This document shows positions 36,860-47,582 of a stretch of 64,000 bases of DNA, one piece after another. The translations under genes were made by a program, and so were the position numbers. The DNA is from Candidatus Nomurabacteria bacterium RIFCSPHIGHO2_01_FULL_37_25 (GTDB lineage: Bacteria > Patescibacteriota > Minisyncoccia > Phycocordibacterales > UBA9973), in contig MFTH01000016.1 in assembly GCA_001786765.1 (NCBI GenBank), forward strand, positions 21,666 to 85,665, given 5' to 3'. Within the stretch, counting starts at the first letter, position 1. The number at the start of each line of letters is the position of its first letter. The notes under the pieces are model-generated. The model saw only the letters and a program-made list of their open reading frames with translations. It did not search any database and was not told where the DNA came from.

Positions 36860-36887
36860 ATTATAGCAAAATCAAAATATATGTCAA
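36860..36887 (-). promoter_or_regulatory. Consensus sigma70 promoter
   Basis: Minus strand ttgaca tatattttgattttgc tataat. Confidence 0.8.
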
Positions 36888-36943
36888 GTGAAAAACCATT
36901 CTTATTTTATAAGCTAATTATTAACAATTTAACTAAAAACAAT

Positions 36944-37354
36944 ATGAAAAATAATCAAAAAGGTTTTGTAAATATTATCTTGATTGGAGTTATTGTTGTA
37001 CTCTTGAGTCTAGTGGGATATTTTAGTATCGAAAAAAAATCTCAGCAATTCAATAAACAACAAACTTCGATAATTCCAAATACGGAAACGCAGATCAGAA
37101 TTGCAATAGAAACAGTGTTAACGGAAGGCAAGTTGTCTAATCCAAATGAGCAAATACCAAAGGGTATCAAATTGCTTTCACTCAAACTTGCGGAAAATAA
37201 TGTAACTCTAAATTTTAGCAAAGAGTATTTGTCTGGAGGACAGGGAGTAGCTGAGGATGTTTTTTCTCTGGTTTCAAATACGATTACTAAAATATACCCA
37301 GAGGTGAACAAATTTACGATTTTAATTGAAGGGGAAAACATACAAGACTATTAA
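36944..37354 (+). CDS. Membrane-anchored GerMN-like domain protein with a pilin-like N-terminus
   Basis: MKNNQKGF plus hydrophobic helix; IPKGIKLLSL..VTLNFSKE...ILIEG. Confidence 0.7.
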   Translation: MKNNQKGFVNIILIGVIVVLLSLVGYFSIEKKSQQFNKQQTSIIPNTETQIRIAIETVLTEGKLSNPNEQIPKGIKLLSLKLAENNVTLNFSKEYLSGGQGVAEDVFSLVSNTITKIYPEVNKFTILIEGENIQDY

Positions 37355-37398
37355 AACAAAATAATAGATTTTTATTAAAAGAAAGTAATTAAAAAACT

Positions 37399-40300
37399 AT
37401 GAAAACCTTAAACACAACTGAATTTGATTCCATAGCTCTACGACTGGCTTCACCGGAGCAGGTAAAAGAGTGGTCTTTTGGAGAAGTTACTAAACCAGAA
37501 ACAATAAATTACCGCACTGGCAGGTCTGAACGCGGTGGTCTTTTTGATGAGAAAATATTTGGACCAGAAAAAGATTACGAATGCTATTGTGGAAAGTATC
37601 GTAGGATTCGTTATAAAGATATTATTTGTGAGAAATGCGGAGTTGAAGTTACTCGTTCTATAGTCAGACGTGAGCGAATGGGGCATATAGAGCTAGGAAC
37701 TCCAGTCTCGCATATTTGGTTTTTGCGCGGAGTGCCTTCTCGAATGAGTATCTTGCTCAATATTTCTGTTTCTGATCTAGAGAAGGTTATATATTTTGCT
37801 GGTTACATAATTACCAAAGTTCATGAAGAAGAAAAAGAGTCTGTTATCACGGGTCTAGAAAAAGAATATAAAGTTAAATTAAAAAATGCAGTTGATGACG
37901 ACACTCGAGAGAAATTGAAGAATCTGCTTTCTGTTATAAAAAAAGAGATTGGAGAAATTTATGAAGGAAAAGTTTTAAATGAAATTTCTTTTCATCACTA
38001 TTCTTTAAAATACGGAACTTGTTTTGAAGCAAACATAGGCGCTGAAGCGATCTATTCTATTTTTAAAAATCTAGATTTGAATAAATTAAAAGTTTATACG
38101 GAGAAAATGATAGAGGGAGTTAGTATGATTGAAAAAGAGAAATTGCAAAAAAGGCTTTCTCTTATTCGCGCTATGACTTATGCGGGGATTCGACCTGAAT
38201 GGATGTTTCTAACTGTTATCCCAGTCATCCCGCCCGTTTTGCGTCCAATGGTTGCTCTTGATGGAGGCAGGCATGCGACTTCTGATTTAAACGATCTTTA
38301 TCGTCGAGTTATAAACAGAAACAATCGTTTGAAAAAGTTAAAAGAAATTAATGCTCCAGATGTAATCCTGCGAAATGAAAAAAGAATTATTCAGGAAGCA
38401 GTCGATGCGTTGATTGATAATTCAATTGCCAAACAAAATGATTCGGCTGCGATGAGTCAATCCCAAAAGCGTCCCTTAAAATCCTTGTCAGATAATCTAA
38501 AGTCTAAACAAGGTCTTTTCCGACAGAACTTACTTGGAAAAAGAGTGGACTATTCAGGACGCTCGGTTATTGTTGTCGGTCCCAATCTAAAATTAAACCA
38601 ATGTGGATTGCCGAAGCATATGGCGCTGGAACTTTTTAGACCATTTGTAATTTCTAAAATTTTACAAGCAGAATTGGCATTTAATATTCGTGGAGCTAAT
38701 AAGCTCATAGAAGAACGCACTCCCGAGGTCTGGGCGATGTTGGAAGAAGTTATTGCGGGCAAATATGTTCTTTTAAACCGCGCGCCGACTCTGCATCGTC
38801 TAGGTATTCAAGCTTTTAATCCGATTTTAATTGAAGGAAATGCAATTCAGATTCATCCTCTTGTTTGTCAGGCTTTTAATGCTGACTTTGATGGAGACCA
38901 AATGGCAGTTTATGTTCCGTTACTGGAAGAAGCTCAATCCGAAGCCAAAGAATTAATGGCTTCAAATAAAAATTTACTTAAACCGCAAAACGGAGATGCT
39001 ATAGTGCACCCTCGTATGGACATGGTGCTTGGAAGCTATTGGATGACAAAATCAATGGATGGGGAAAAAGGTGAAGACAAGTATTTTTCACGTCCAAATG
39101 TTGCTATTAGCGCCTATGAATACGGGATCATTTCTCTACGCGCTAAAATAAAAGTTCTAGCAAGAGATGATTTCAAATACAAAAAATTTGCTCCGGGAAT
39201 ATTTGAAACTTCTGTCGGAAAACTTCTTTTCAATAGCATCTTGCCGGACGATTTTTCTTATGTTAATGATGAAATGACTCAAGACAGGCTTTCAGCCCTC
39301 TTGGACGAACTTATCATACATTCAGGTGTGGAAAATATTCCAGCTATTCTAGACAAAATTAAAGCATTTGGTTTTAAATACGCGACGGTTTCTGGAACTA
39401 CTTGGGGATTGGACAATGTTTCTATGTCACCCGAAAAACCAAAGATTATAGCTCAAGGTAAAAAATTGGAAGAAGAAACAATATCACAGTGGCGTGAAGG
39501 TCTTTTGTCTGAAGAAGAAAAATATCAGAAAATTATTGAAATTTGGACGCATACAAAAAAAGAATTGGAAAAAGTTTTACCAAAAACTCTCGACAAAAAA
39601 AGTTCCACTTATGATTTATTCACTTCTAAAGCTAGAGGCACTATGTCGTCCCTTATGCAAATGACCGGGATGATTGGACTTATTCAAAATAATCAAGGCA
39701 AGACTTTGGAATTTCCTATTATTCCTTCTTATCAAGAGGGACTTTCTCCAATTGAATATTTCGTTATTACTCACGGCGCTCGCAAAGGCGCTTCAGACAC
39801 TGCTCTCAACACTGCTAAAGCTGGGTATTTGACACGAAGATTGGTTGATGTGGCTCAAGATGTGGTTATTACTGAAAAAGACTGTGGAACAAAAGAAGGG
39901 AAAATAATTACCAGAGAGAATATTTCTGGAATTGAAATTCCACTTTCAAAAAATATTCATGGACGCATATTAGGAACTGATTTGAAAGATAAAAATGGCA
40001 AAGTGCTTTACAAGAAAGGATTTTTAGTCACTAAAGAAGAAGCTCACAACATCGAAGGGGCGGGCTTTACCGAAGTGTTTGTTCGTTCTCCACTGACTTG
40101 TCGTACTGTTCACGGTCTTTGTCAAATGTGCTACGGTCTTGATTTAGGGCGTAATCGTTTAGTAGATTTAGGTGAGGCGGTGGGTATTATAGCAGCTCAA
40201 GCTATCGGCGAACCGGGCACTCAATTAACATTGCGTACATTTCACGCAGGAGGTGTAGCAGGCACTGACATAACGACTGGGTTACCGCGCGTTGAGGAAA

Positions 40301-41049
40301 TATTTGAAAGAAGAATTCCTAAAAATCCTGCAGTTATTTCAGAGACGGACGGGGAAGTAATTTCTATTTCAACTAAAGAGGACAAATCTGCTAATTCTCA
40401 AGACCATTCGCTCTCCGGCGGGGAAAAAATTATTAAAGTTTTATCGGATGTCAAACTTGATGGCAAAAATGACAACAAGAAAAACGAGATTGAGTATGTA
40501 GTGGCATTTCGCAGAATACCGACAGTTAAGGTGGGTGATAAAATCAAAAAAGGAGATCTTTTAACTGATGGATCGGCTGATGTCGCTGAGATTTTTAAAT
40601 TTGGCGGTAAAGAATTAGTCGAAGAGTATTTAATTCGAGAAATAAATAAAGTTTATGAACTGCAGAGCGCTTCAATTTCAAGAAAACACACAGAAATAAT
40701 TATTCGTCAAATGTTTTCACGCAGGAAAATAAAAGATGCAGGGGAGACTAATTTCTCCATTGGCAATATTGTTGAAAATGCCGAATTTATAGAAGAAAAT
40801 GCCAGGGTTCCCGAGGGTAAACAAGCAAAAGCAGAAATAGTCGTGCTTGGTATTACAGAAGTTTCGCTTCGCACTAAGAGTTGGCTTTCAGCCGCATCGT
40901 TTCAGAACACAAACCGTGTGCTGATTGAAAATGCGATCAAAGGCGGAGTGGATTCTCTCCGAGGGTTAAAAGAAAATGTTATAATTGGTAGATTAATACC
41001 AGCTGGAACTGGATTCAAGAATAAAACAAAGACTATGGCTGAAAAATAG
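37399..41049 (+). CDS. rpoC: RNA polymerase beta' subunit
   Basis: Zn finger, [16 protein letters not shown] and GRLIPAGTG motifs. Confidence 0.99.
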   Translation: MKTLNTTEFDSIALRLASPEQVKEWSFGEVTKPETINYRTGRSERGGLFDEKIFGPEKDYECYCGKYRRIRYKDIICEKCGVEVTRSIVRRERMGHIELGTPVSHIWFLRGVPSRMSILLNISVSDLEKVIYFAGYIITKVHEEEKESVITGLEKEYKVKLKNAVDDDTREKLKNLLSVIKKEIGEIYEGKVLNEISFHHYSLKYGTCFEANIGAEAIYSIFKNLDLNKLKVYTEKMIEGVSMIEKEKLQKRLSLIRAMTYAGIRPEWMFLTVIPVIPPVLRPMVALDGGRHATSDLNDLYRRVINRNNRLKKLKEINAPDVILRNEKRIIQEAVDALIDNSIAKQNDSAAMSQSQKRPLKSLSDNLKSKQGLFRQNLLGKRVDYSGRSVIVVGPNLKLNQCGLPKHMALELFRPFVISKILQAELAFNIRGANKLIEERTPEVWAMLEEVIAGKYVLLNRAPTLHRLGIQAFNPILIEGNAIQIHPLVCQAFNADFDGDQMAVYVPLLEEAQSEAKELMASNKNLLKPQNGDAIVHPRMDMVLGSYWMTKSMDGEKGEDKYFSRPNVAISAYEYGIISLRAKIKVLARDDFKYKKFAPGIFETSVGKLLFNSILPDDFSYVNDEMTQDRLSALLDELIIHSGVENIPAILDKIKAFGFKYATVSGTTWGLDNVSMSPEKPKIIAQGKKLEEETISQWREGLLSEEEKYQKIIEIWTHTKKELEKVLPKTLDKKSSTYDLFTSKARGTMSSLMQMTGMIGLIQNNQGKTLEFPIIPSYQEGLSPIEYFVITHGARKGASDTALNTAKAGYLTRRLVDVAQDVVITEKDCGTKEGKIITRENISGIEIPLSKNIHGRILGTDLKDKNGKVLYKKGFLVTKEEAHNIEGAGFTEVFVRSPLTCRTVHGLCQMCYGLDLGRNRLVDLGEAVGIIAAQAIGEPGTQLTLRTFHAGGVAGTDITTGLPRVEEIFERRIPKNPAVISETDGEVISISTKEDKSANSQDHSLSGGEKIIKVLSDVKLDGKNDNKKNEIEYVVAFRRIPTVKVGDKIKKGDLLTDGSADVAEIFKFGGKELVEEYLIREINKVYELQSASISRKHTEIIIRQMFSRRKIKDAGETNFSIGNIVENAEFIEENARVPEGKQAKAEIVVLGITEVSLRTKSWLSAASFQNTNRVLIENAIKGGVDSLRGLKENVIIGRLIPAGTGFKNKTKTMAEK

Positions 41050-41103
41050 TTTTTGTGTTTTTTAGAGTGATGATTAAAAACACTATGTCTTCATTATTTG
41101 TTG

Positions 41104-41184
41104 ACCCCGTTAGAGATAACACCATGCATGTTTCATTATATTAATTAATCTTGTGAATTTATTTATGAAAATCTCTAACGGGGT
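41104..41184. mobile_element. MITE-like element, family H; supplies the dnaG start and first residues (MKISNGV)
   Basis: TIRs accccgttagagat / atctctaacggggt. Confidence 0.75.
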
Positions 41185-42958
41185 TGATCAAATAAAATCA
41201 AAAATAGATATACTCTCACTAGTTTCATCTTATATAAAACTAGATAAAGCTGGAGCAAGTTGGAAGGGTAAGTGTCCGTTTCATAATGAAAAAACACCGT
41301 CGTTTTTTGTATCGCCGGCGAGGGAAAGTTATTATTGTTTTGGTTGCGGAGCGTCTGGAGACATATTTACTTTTGTGGAAGAATTTGAAGGGCTTGATTT
41401 TAAGGGCGCGCTGAAACTTTTAGCCGATAAAGCTGGAGTGACGCTTGAAGTTTACAGCAAAGAGATGCAAGAAGCCAAAGAGAATAAGAGTGAAAAAGAA
41501 AAATTATATACAGCGATAGAAGAAGCTACAAAGTTTTTTGAAAATAATTTAAAAGAAAACAAGAATGCGCAAGAATATTTAAAATCACGTGGATTAACAG
41601 AAAAAAGTATCAAGGATTTTAGAATTGGTTTTGCTCTTCTTGATTGGCATAGACTTTATGATTATCTAAAATCTAAGAATTTTTCTGATAATGAAATAGA
41701 GAGAGCAGGATTAGCCAAAAAATCAGACAATGATGCAGAAAAGTTGAATAAAAGAATGTATGATAGATTTCGTGGAAGAATTATGTTCCCAATCTCTGAT
41801 TCAAGTGGTCGCGTTATCGCTTTTTCTGGCAGAATCCTGGTTGACGATGGCCCGCTTCGCCATGGCTCCAGCGAGGCGAGTAAGTCCGCCAAGTATTTAA
41901 ATAGTCCGGAGACTTTAATATTCAACAAATCTTCTGTGCTTTTTGGCATAGATAAAGCAAAAGATGCAATTCGTAAAAACAACTTTTCTATTTTGGTTGA
42001 GGGGCAAATGGATTTAATTTTATCACACCAGGCAGGATATAAAAATACAGTTGCGACATCTGGCACAGCTTTATCGGATTCGACAATTTCTAAAGAGAAT
42101 GTTATTTCAAATTTAGGTCTTATTCGCCGTCTTTCTTCAAACATTGTGCTTGCTTTTGATGCTGATAGCGCTGGAGCCAATGCTACCATTAAAGCGGGCA
42201 AAATAGCTCTTTCACTGGGGATGGATGTAAAAGTGGTGGATATGCCGGATGGAATCGATCCTGCGGATTTGATTACGCAAAATAATTCTATTGCGGGATC
42301 GGATGCATGGCGTCTTGCGATAAAAAATTCCAAACATATCATTGAATTTCTTTTAGATAAAGTTTTGAAAAATTTCAAAAATGATACTCGTAAGATAGGT
42401 ATGGAAATAAAAGAAAAAATATTGCCATTTGTCAATGTATTAGAAAGTTCAATAGAAAAAATGTATTTTATTAAAAAAATAAGCGACGCCTCATCTATTC
42501 CTCAAAATGCTCTGCAAGATGATTTAAAGAAAATTGAGCAAGAATTAAAATATGAAACAGAAGAAACAAAAACTGCAAAAGAAAATGTAGAAAAAAAGTT
42601 GAGAAAAGATCCGATTGAAAGGAGACTCTTTGGGATAGCTTTTTGGCAAGAGAGTTTAAAAAGTAGAACCATAGAACCAGAGTTGATTTTTACAAAATTA
42701 CATAAGGCAAAAGAGGCTTTTCTAGATATGAAAGAAGATTTGATTTATGAAGCTGAAATATTTTATTTAAATAGTGAGAATTTGCAAAAAGATGTAAATG
42801 AAATGTTGCTTTCCATTGAAGAAGAGTATCTAAATGAAGAGCTTGTCAAAACAATGATAGATTTCAGAAACCTTAAAGATAAAAAATTGGAGGTGGAAAT
42901 TTTAAAAAAGATCGATAAAATAAATAAAAGAAAAGAAGAAATTAAAAATAGTCGTTAA
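41165..42958 (+). CDS. dnaG: DNA primase
   Basis: CPFHNEKTPSF, CFGC, FRGRIMFPI, KYLNSPET, VEGQMD and FDAD motifs. Confidence 0.97.
   Translation: MKISNGVDQIKSKIDILSLVSSYIKLDKAGASWKGKCPFHNEKTPSFFVSPARESYYCFGCGASGDIFTFVEEFEGLDFKGALKLLADKAGVTLEVYSKEMQEAKENKSEKEKLYTAIEEATKFFENNLKENKNAQEYLKSRGLTEKSIKDFRIGFALLDWHRLYDYLKSKNFSDNEIERAGLAKKSDNDAEKLNKRMYDRFRGRIMFPISDSSGRVIAFSGRILVDDGPLRHGSSEASKSAKYLNSPETLIFNKSSVLFGIDKAKDAIRKNNFSILVEGQMDLILSHQAGYKNTVATSGTALSDSTISKENVISNLGLIRRLSSNIVLAFDADSAGANATIKAGKIALSLGMDVKVVDMPDGIDPADLITQNNSIAGSDAWRLAIKNSKHIIEFLLDKVLKNFKNDTRKIGMEIKEKILPFVNVLESSIEKMYFIKKISDASSIPQNALQDDLKKIEQELKYETEETKTAKENVEKKLRKDPIERRLFGIAFWQESLKSRTIEPELIFTKLHKAKEAFLDMKEDLIYEAEIFYLNSENLQKDVNEMLLSIEEEYLNEELVKTMIDFRNLKDKKLEVEILKKIDKINKRKEEIKNSR
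41851..41880 (+). repeat. Family E 30-bp element in frame in dnaG (PLRHGSSEAS)
   Basis: cccgcttcgccatggctccagcgaggcgag just before AKYLNSPE. Confidence 0.75.
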
Positions 42959-42968
42959 TTAAAAAAAT

Positions 42969-43047
42969 TATGACCCGTTCGACAAACTCAGGCCTTCGGC
43001 TCTGAGGCTCAGGCTCGAAGAGGTCATGGTGATAAGATAGAACCATG
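42969..43047 (+). repeat. Family G repeat ending at the rpoD start codon
   Basis: atgacccgttcgacaaactcagg...ggtcatggtgataagatagaaccATG. Confidence 0.7.
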
Positions 43048-44274
43048 AAAAAACAAAAAACAAAAAACAAAAAAATTGTGAAGAAAATAAAAAACAAGAA
43101 GTTTAAAACAAAAAAAGTAAAGAAAAATAAAATAAAAAAAGTTTTAAAGTCTCGCTCATCGAGCCATAGTCGGAGGAAAAAAATCGCAAAATTATCTTTT
43201 TTAGAAAAAAAAGCGGCAAACTTGACTCGCATTTCAAATGAGCTTATAGAAAAAGGACGCAAAAGGGGATTTATTACTTATGATGAAATATTAAAAACTT
43301 TCCCGGATATTGAAAATAATATTTTGTTCTTAGATGAACTTTATGAAAAGTTTGGAGTTGCTGGGATTGATGTGCTAGAGGGTGGAAATTTATTAAATCT
43401 TGATAATGATTTATCCGACAAAGATTTGAATAAATCCACGATGCATGACTCTATTCAAATGTATTTAAAGGAAATAGGTCAATATCCGCTTATTCATGCA
43501 AGTGATGAAAAAGATCTTGCTAAGCGTATTGAACGTGGAGATTTAGAAGCAAAAAATTTACTTGCTCGGGCAAATTTACGTCTCGTCGTATCAATTGCTA
43601 AAAAATATGTTGGGAGGTCTGCTAATCTGACTTTACTGGATTTAATCCAAGAAGGCAATCTAGGTTTATTTAAGGCAGTTGAGAAGTTTGATTGGAATAA
43701 AGGATATAAATTTTCCACTTATGCGACTTGGTGGATTCGTCAATCTATAACTCGCGCATTAGCTGACCAGAGTAGGACTATTCGTATTCCAGTGCACATG
43801 GTAGAAACAATTTCAAAATATAAACAAATACATCGCCGACTCTCTCAAGATCTAGGCCGAGAACCATTAGCTGAAGAAATTGCTACTGAAATGAATATTC
43901 CAGTTGAAAAAATACATGTAATTGAAAATATTTCACAAGAAACTATGTCACTTGAACAACCAGTAGGAGATGATGATGATAAATCAACATTAGAAAATTT
44001 TATTCCAGATGATAAAATACTGCGCCCGGATCAAGAATCTTCTCGCAGAATTCTCTCGGATCAAATTCGTGAAGTCTTGAATGAGCTTAATTCTAAAGAG
44101 CGTAAAATTTTAGAAATGCGTTATGGTCTTTTGGACGGCATTCAACATACATTAGAAAGGGTAGGAGAAGAATTCAATGTCACACGCGAACGTATTCGCC
44201 AAATCGAAGCCAAAGTTCACGAAAAACTTCGTCAGCACGAAAAAATTTCTAGATTAAAAAATTATTTTGATTAA
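43045..44274 (+). CDS. rpoD: Primary sigma factor RpoD with a Lys-rich N-terminal tail
   Basis: [31 protein letters not shown] and TRERIRQIE motifs. Confidence 0.97.
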   Translation: MKKQKTKNKKIVKKIKNKKFKTKKVKKNKIKKVLKSRSSSHSRRKKIAKLSFLEKKAANLTRISNELIEKGRKRGFITYDEILKTFPDIENNILFLDELYEKFGVAGIDVLEGGNLLNLDNDLSDKDLNKSTMHDSIQMYLKEIGQYPLIHASDEKDLAKRIERGDLEAKNLLARANLRLVVSIAKKYVGRSANLTLLDLIQEGNLGLFKAVEKFDWNKGYKFSTYATWWIRQSITRALADQSRTIRIPVHMVETISKYKQIHRRLSQDLGREPLAEEIATEMNIPVEKIHVIENISQETMSLEQPVGDDDDKSTLENFIPDDKILRPDQESSRRILSDQIREVLNELNSKERKILEMRYGLLDGIQHTLERVGEEFNVTRERIRQIEAKVHEKLRQHEKISRLKNYFD

Positions 44275-44286
44275 GTAGAAATAATA

Positions 44287-45039
44287 TTAAAGTTTTGTTT
44301 CGTCAAATTTGTTGTTAGACGGAGTGATTTTAAAAAGTTGGTCAGTATATTTCCAGAAACCATCATTTCCCTTTTGTTCGAAGGCGCATTCTGTGGCTTC
44401 AGCTTCACGAAAAGCCTTTGGGTGAAGCTGAGCAATTGGATAATGACGATACACCCAAGCTACATCTCCATTACTTTTTTCTACTACTTGATGCATAGTC
44501 TCGTGGAATACTTTACAAAACGGACATTCTAAATCTGAATATTCCACTATAATTATTTTTGCATTTATATTTCCTAAAATATGGTCATCTAACGAAACTG
44601 CCCTCATTTCTGTAGTTATCGATTTTGTGTCATTTGTTAATGCATCTGTAATTTTTTGCATTACCCCTTCAAAAGGTTGAGCTCCTTCAATAGTATCAAC
44701 CACAATATTATTTTTTAATATAAAAGAAGATGGTGTTCCATTTACACCAGCTTTAACTCCATCATCAATATCAGCTTGAATCTTATCTTTAAATTTTCCG
44801 CTTAGAAGACAAGCATTAAAAGATTTTACGTTTAAACCAATAGTTTTAGAGATTGACACATCTGTTGATATGGTTGGCGAGGTATTTCCTTTTATTAAGA
44901 TTGCCCCAGCGATAAGAATTCCCGCTATAATTATCGCTCCAGCTATTTGCGCTTGATTTTTATTTGCGCTGGTGTTTATTATCGCGCTATCGTTTGTAAG
45001 TTTATTTTTCTCTTTGTCTTCAATATTATATTCTTCCAT
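44287..45039 (-). CDS. Membrane-anchored DsbA-family thiol-disulfide oxidoreductase, circularly permuted
   Basis: GVNGTPS and GAQP precede EYSDLECPFC and RHYP in the ORF. Confidence 0.88.
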   Translation of the reverse strand: MEEYNIEDKEKNKLTNDSAIINTSANKNQAQIAGAIIIAGILIAGAILIKGNTSPTISTDVSISKTIGLNVKSFNACLLSGKFKDKIQADIDDGVKAGVNGTPSSFILKNNIVVDTIEGAQPFEGVMQKITDALTNDTKSITTEMRAVSLDDHILGNINAKIIIVEYSDLECPFCKVFHETMHQVVEKSNGDVAWVYRHYPIAQLHPKAFREAEATECAFEQKGNDGFWKYTDQLFKITPSNNKFDETKL

Positions 45040-45108
45040 TTATTTATTTTTTAATTGTTAATATCTTTATTATAGCATCTTTTTGTATTATGCTATAATA
45101 GCTATAGC

Positions 45109-45255
45109 AACTTTGAATTACGAAACTCTTTCTAGGCATGTCTTTTTCTAGGGTACGGATTTTTTTAAGTTTAAAAAATCCTGAAGTTCTCGGCTCGACA
45201 GCCTCGAAACCCCCTAAAAAAGACATGCCTTCGACGAGTTTCGTAATTCAAAGTT
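45109..45255 (-). repeat. Family A multi-stem repeat, copy 5
   Basis: Longest arms (~39 bp), nearly the same as copy 1. Confidence 0.92.
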
Positions 45256-45329
45256 ATAAAATTTAATTTGCTTGTTTGGTCGTTCAAGCAAAGTATTGTA
45301 TTTATTAAATATTTTTAAAGTATAAACAT

Positions 45330-45626
45330 ATGTGTCATTCAAATTGTAATCACAAGTGGGGTGGGTGTGCTGTGTCTATGATTGCCCAGGTTTTATTAGT
45401 TGCAGGAGGATTAAATTGGGGATTGGTAGGTGTAGGGATGCTTTTGAACGCAGAGTCTTGGAATGTTGTTAACATAGCTCTAGGTTCTATGCCAACTTTA
45501 GAAGCTGTTGTCTACTTGTTAGTAGGTGTTGCCGCTGTTATGAGTATTTTTGGTTGTAAGTGCAATAAGTGCATGGCAGAATGCGCTAATTGTGTTGCTG
45601 GTGGTAAAACTGGGAGTAATATGTAA
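45330..45626 (+). CDS. DUF378-like small membrane protein with Cys-rich ends
   Basis: LLVAGGLNWGLVG...VYLLVGVAA. Confidence 0.82.
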   Translation: MCHSNCNHKWGGCAVSMIAQVLLVAGGLNWGLVGVGMLLNAESWNVVNIALGSMPTLEAVVYLLVGVAAVMSIFGCKCNKCMAECANCVAGGKTGSNM

Positions 45627-45646
45627 TATTTCGCGATAGAAGCTAT

Positions 45647-46891
45647 ATGGTTTTAATTCCAAACATAATATTTTATGTGTTAATCTTTTTGTCTGTCTAC
45701 GCGCAGGTCTTTTTTCTTGTTACATTTTTTGAAAATAGAAAAAAAATAGTTATTAGAAATGGAAAAACTAAGCTTAATAAATATGAAACAGTAACCATTG
45801 TTGTGCCGTGCTGGAATGAAGAGAGTACTGTTTATAAAACAATACGCTCGCTTCTCGCCTTAAATTATCCGCAAGATAAATTAAAAATTTTACTCATTGA
45901 TGATGGTTCTACTGATGGCACTTGGAATATAATTCGTAAGTTTAAAAAATATCCAAATATAAAAATCTTTCAAAAAGAAAATGGTGGCAAATATACAGCT
46001 CTAAATTTAGGATTAAAACATTCAGAGACAAGTTTTTTTGGGGCCTTAGACGCAGATACCTTGGCCGATCCGGAGTCCCTGATTCGCATTATGAGTTATT
46101 TTGAAAAAGACAAGAGTATTATGGCTGTTGTTCCTTCAGTTGTTGTCTATAATCCAAAGAATTTAATTCAAAATGCTCAAAAAGCCGAATACCATATGGG
46201 CGTTTATACGAAGAAAATGCTTAGTTTCTTGGGGGCTATTAATGTGACTCCAGGACCTCTCACGATCTTTCGGAGAAAAGTTTTTGACGATTTGGGACCT
46301 TATCGACACGGACACAATACAGAGGATATGGAAATTGCTTACAGAATGCAAAAAAATAATTGTAAAATAGAACACTGTAATGACGCTTTCGTTTATACTA
46401 ATACACCGAACACAATTATCAAATTATACAAGCAAAGACTGCGTTGGATTTACGGTTTTATAAATAATACAATTGATTATCGTGATGTTTTGTTGAAAAA
46501 AAAATATGGGAACTTTTCTCTATTTATTCTACCAACAGGTGTTGTCTCTATTCTTGCCATAAGTTACCTTTTTGGCAGGCTAGTTTATAGTTCAATTAAT
46601 TTTATTTATCTGAAGTTTATTACTTTCAATACCATAGGATGGAATTTGTCTTTTAAAAGTTACAACTTTGATCTTTTTTTTATAGATACTAGTTCATATG
46701 TATTTTTAGTTTTTTTGATTTATCTTTTGGTTATTTTTGGAATAGTTTTTGGAAGAAGAATGTCAGAAGGGAAATGGGTTTTGTCTTTTAATATGATTTA
46801 TTTTTTAATAGTTTTTCGTTTTCTTGCTCCATTTTGGTTTTTAAAGGCAATTTATAGTACTATTTTAAAGAGGAAGCCTGCCTGGAGATGA
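45647..46891 (+). CDS. GT2 processive glycosyltransferase (IcaA/PgaC-like)
   Basis: PCWNEE, DDGSTD, DAD, TEDME and QRLRW motifs plus TM helices. Confidence 0.92.
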   Translation: MVLIPNIIFYVLIFLSVYAQVFFLVTFFENRKKIVIRNGKTKLNKYETVTIVVPCWNEESTVYKTIRSLLALNYPQDKLKILLIDDGSTDGTWNIIRKFKKYPNIKIFQKENGGKYTALNLGLKHSETSFFGALDADTLADPESLIRIMSYFEKDKSIMAVVPSVVVYNPKNLIQNAQKAEYHMGVYTKKMLSFLGAINVTPGPLTIFRRKVFDDLGPYRHGHNTEDMEIAYRMQKNNCKIEHCNDAFVYTNTPNTIIKLYKQRLRWIYGFINNTIDYRDVLLKKKYGNFSLFILPTGVVSILAISYLFGRLVYSSINFIYLKFITFNTIGWNLSFKSYNFDLFFIDTSSYVFLVFLIYLLVIFGIVFGRRMSEGKWVLSFNMIYFLIVFRFLAPFWFLKAIYSTILKRKPAWR

Positions 46892-46913
46892 TTACTAAAA
46901 TAACACTTAATTC

Positions 46914-47582
46914 ATGATTGATTGGAAGAAATATTTAATTGTATTTTTTATTACTGCCGGTCTTTTTTTAACGGCAGGTTATTTTAGTAATTATCTCGGC
47001 AATAAAAAAATTGATCAAATAAAATCAATACAAGATCAAATTGCCATAAATATTCTTTCTTCAGAAACACAGTTTTCATTACTTCAAGAACTCTCCTGTA
47101 ATAATGTATCAGCATCTATACTTTCTGATGAACTTGATGATATTGGCAATAAGCTCGAATGGGGACAGAAAAATTTGGGTTCGATAGATGAGGTTTCTTA
47201 TTTAAAAAAATACTATTCATTGCTTCAGATTAAAGATTACTTATTAATGAAAAAAATATCTGCGAGCTGTAAAATAAAGTCTGCCTTTATTCTTTATTTT
47301 TATACTACAGCTGAAAACTGCAGTGAATGTGAACGAGAGAGTATAGTCCTTTCAGAACTTCGTGAAAAATATCCAGAACTTCGTGTCTATTCTTTTGATT
47401 ATAGTACGGATCTTTCTGTGGTCAAAGCCTTGCTTAAAATTTATAAAATAAAGGATACAGAACTTCCGGCTCTTGTCTTAGGAGACGAACTCTTGACGGG
47501 CTTCCATAGTATTGATGAACTTGACGCAAAAGTCCAAAAGTCTTTCAAGCTTCAGGAAACAAAATCAAATGGAAATACATAA
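46914..47582 (+). CDS. Membrane-anchored hypothetical protein with a thioredoxin-like CxxC (CSEC)
   Basis: N-terminal TM; ILYFY...CSEC...LPALV. Confidence 0.7.
   Translation: MIDWKKYLIVFFITAGLFLTAGYFSNYLGNKKIDQIKSIQDQIAINILSSETQFSLLQELSCNNVSASILSDELDDIGNKLEWGQKNLGSIDEVSYLKKYYSLLQIKDYLLMKKISASCKIKSAFILYFYTTAENCSECERESIVLSELREKYPELRVYSFDYSTDLSVVKALLKIYKIKDTELPALVLGDELLTGFHSIDELDAKVQKSFKLQETKSNGNT

Noticed and set aside
41662-42435. 257-aa antisense ORF in dnaG and similar shadow ORFs elsewhere
   Set aside because: Antisense shadows of well-supported genes, with no recognisable motifs.
45109-45255. Family A as a hammerhead ribozyme (CUGAAG...GAAAC with GUA on one strand)
   Set aside because: The topology is suggestive, but the core reads CUGAAGU rather than CUGANGA, and stems I and II do not abut the core correctly. 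Not called without a cleavage assay.
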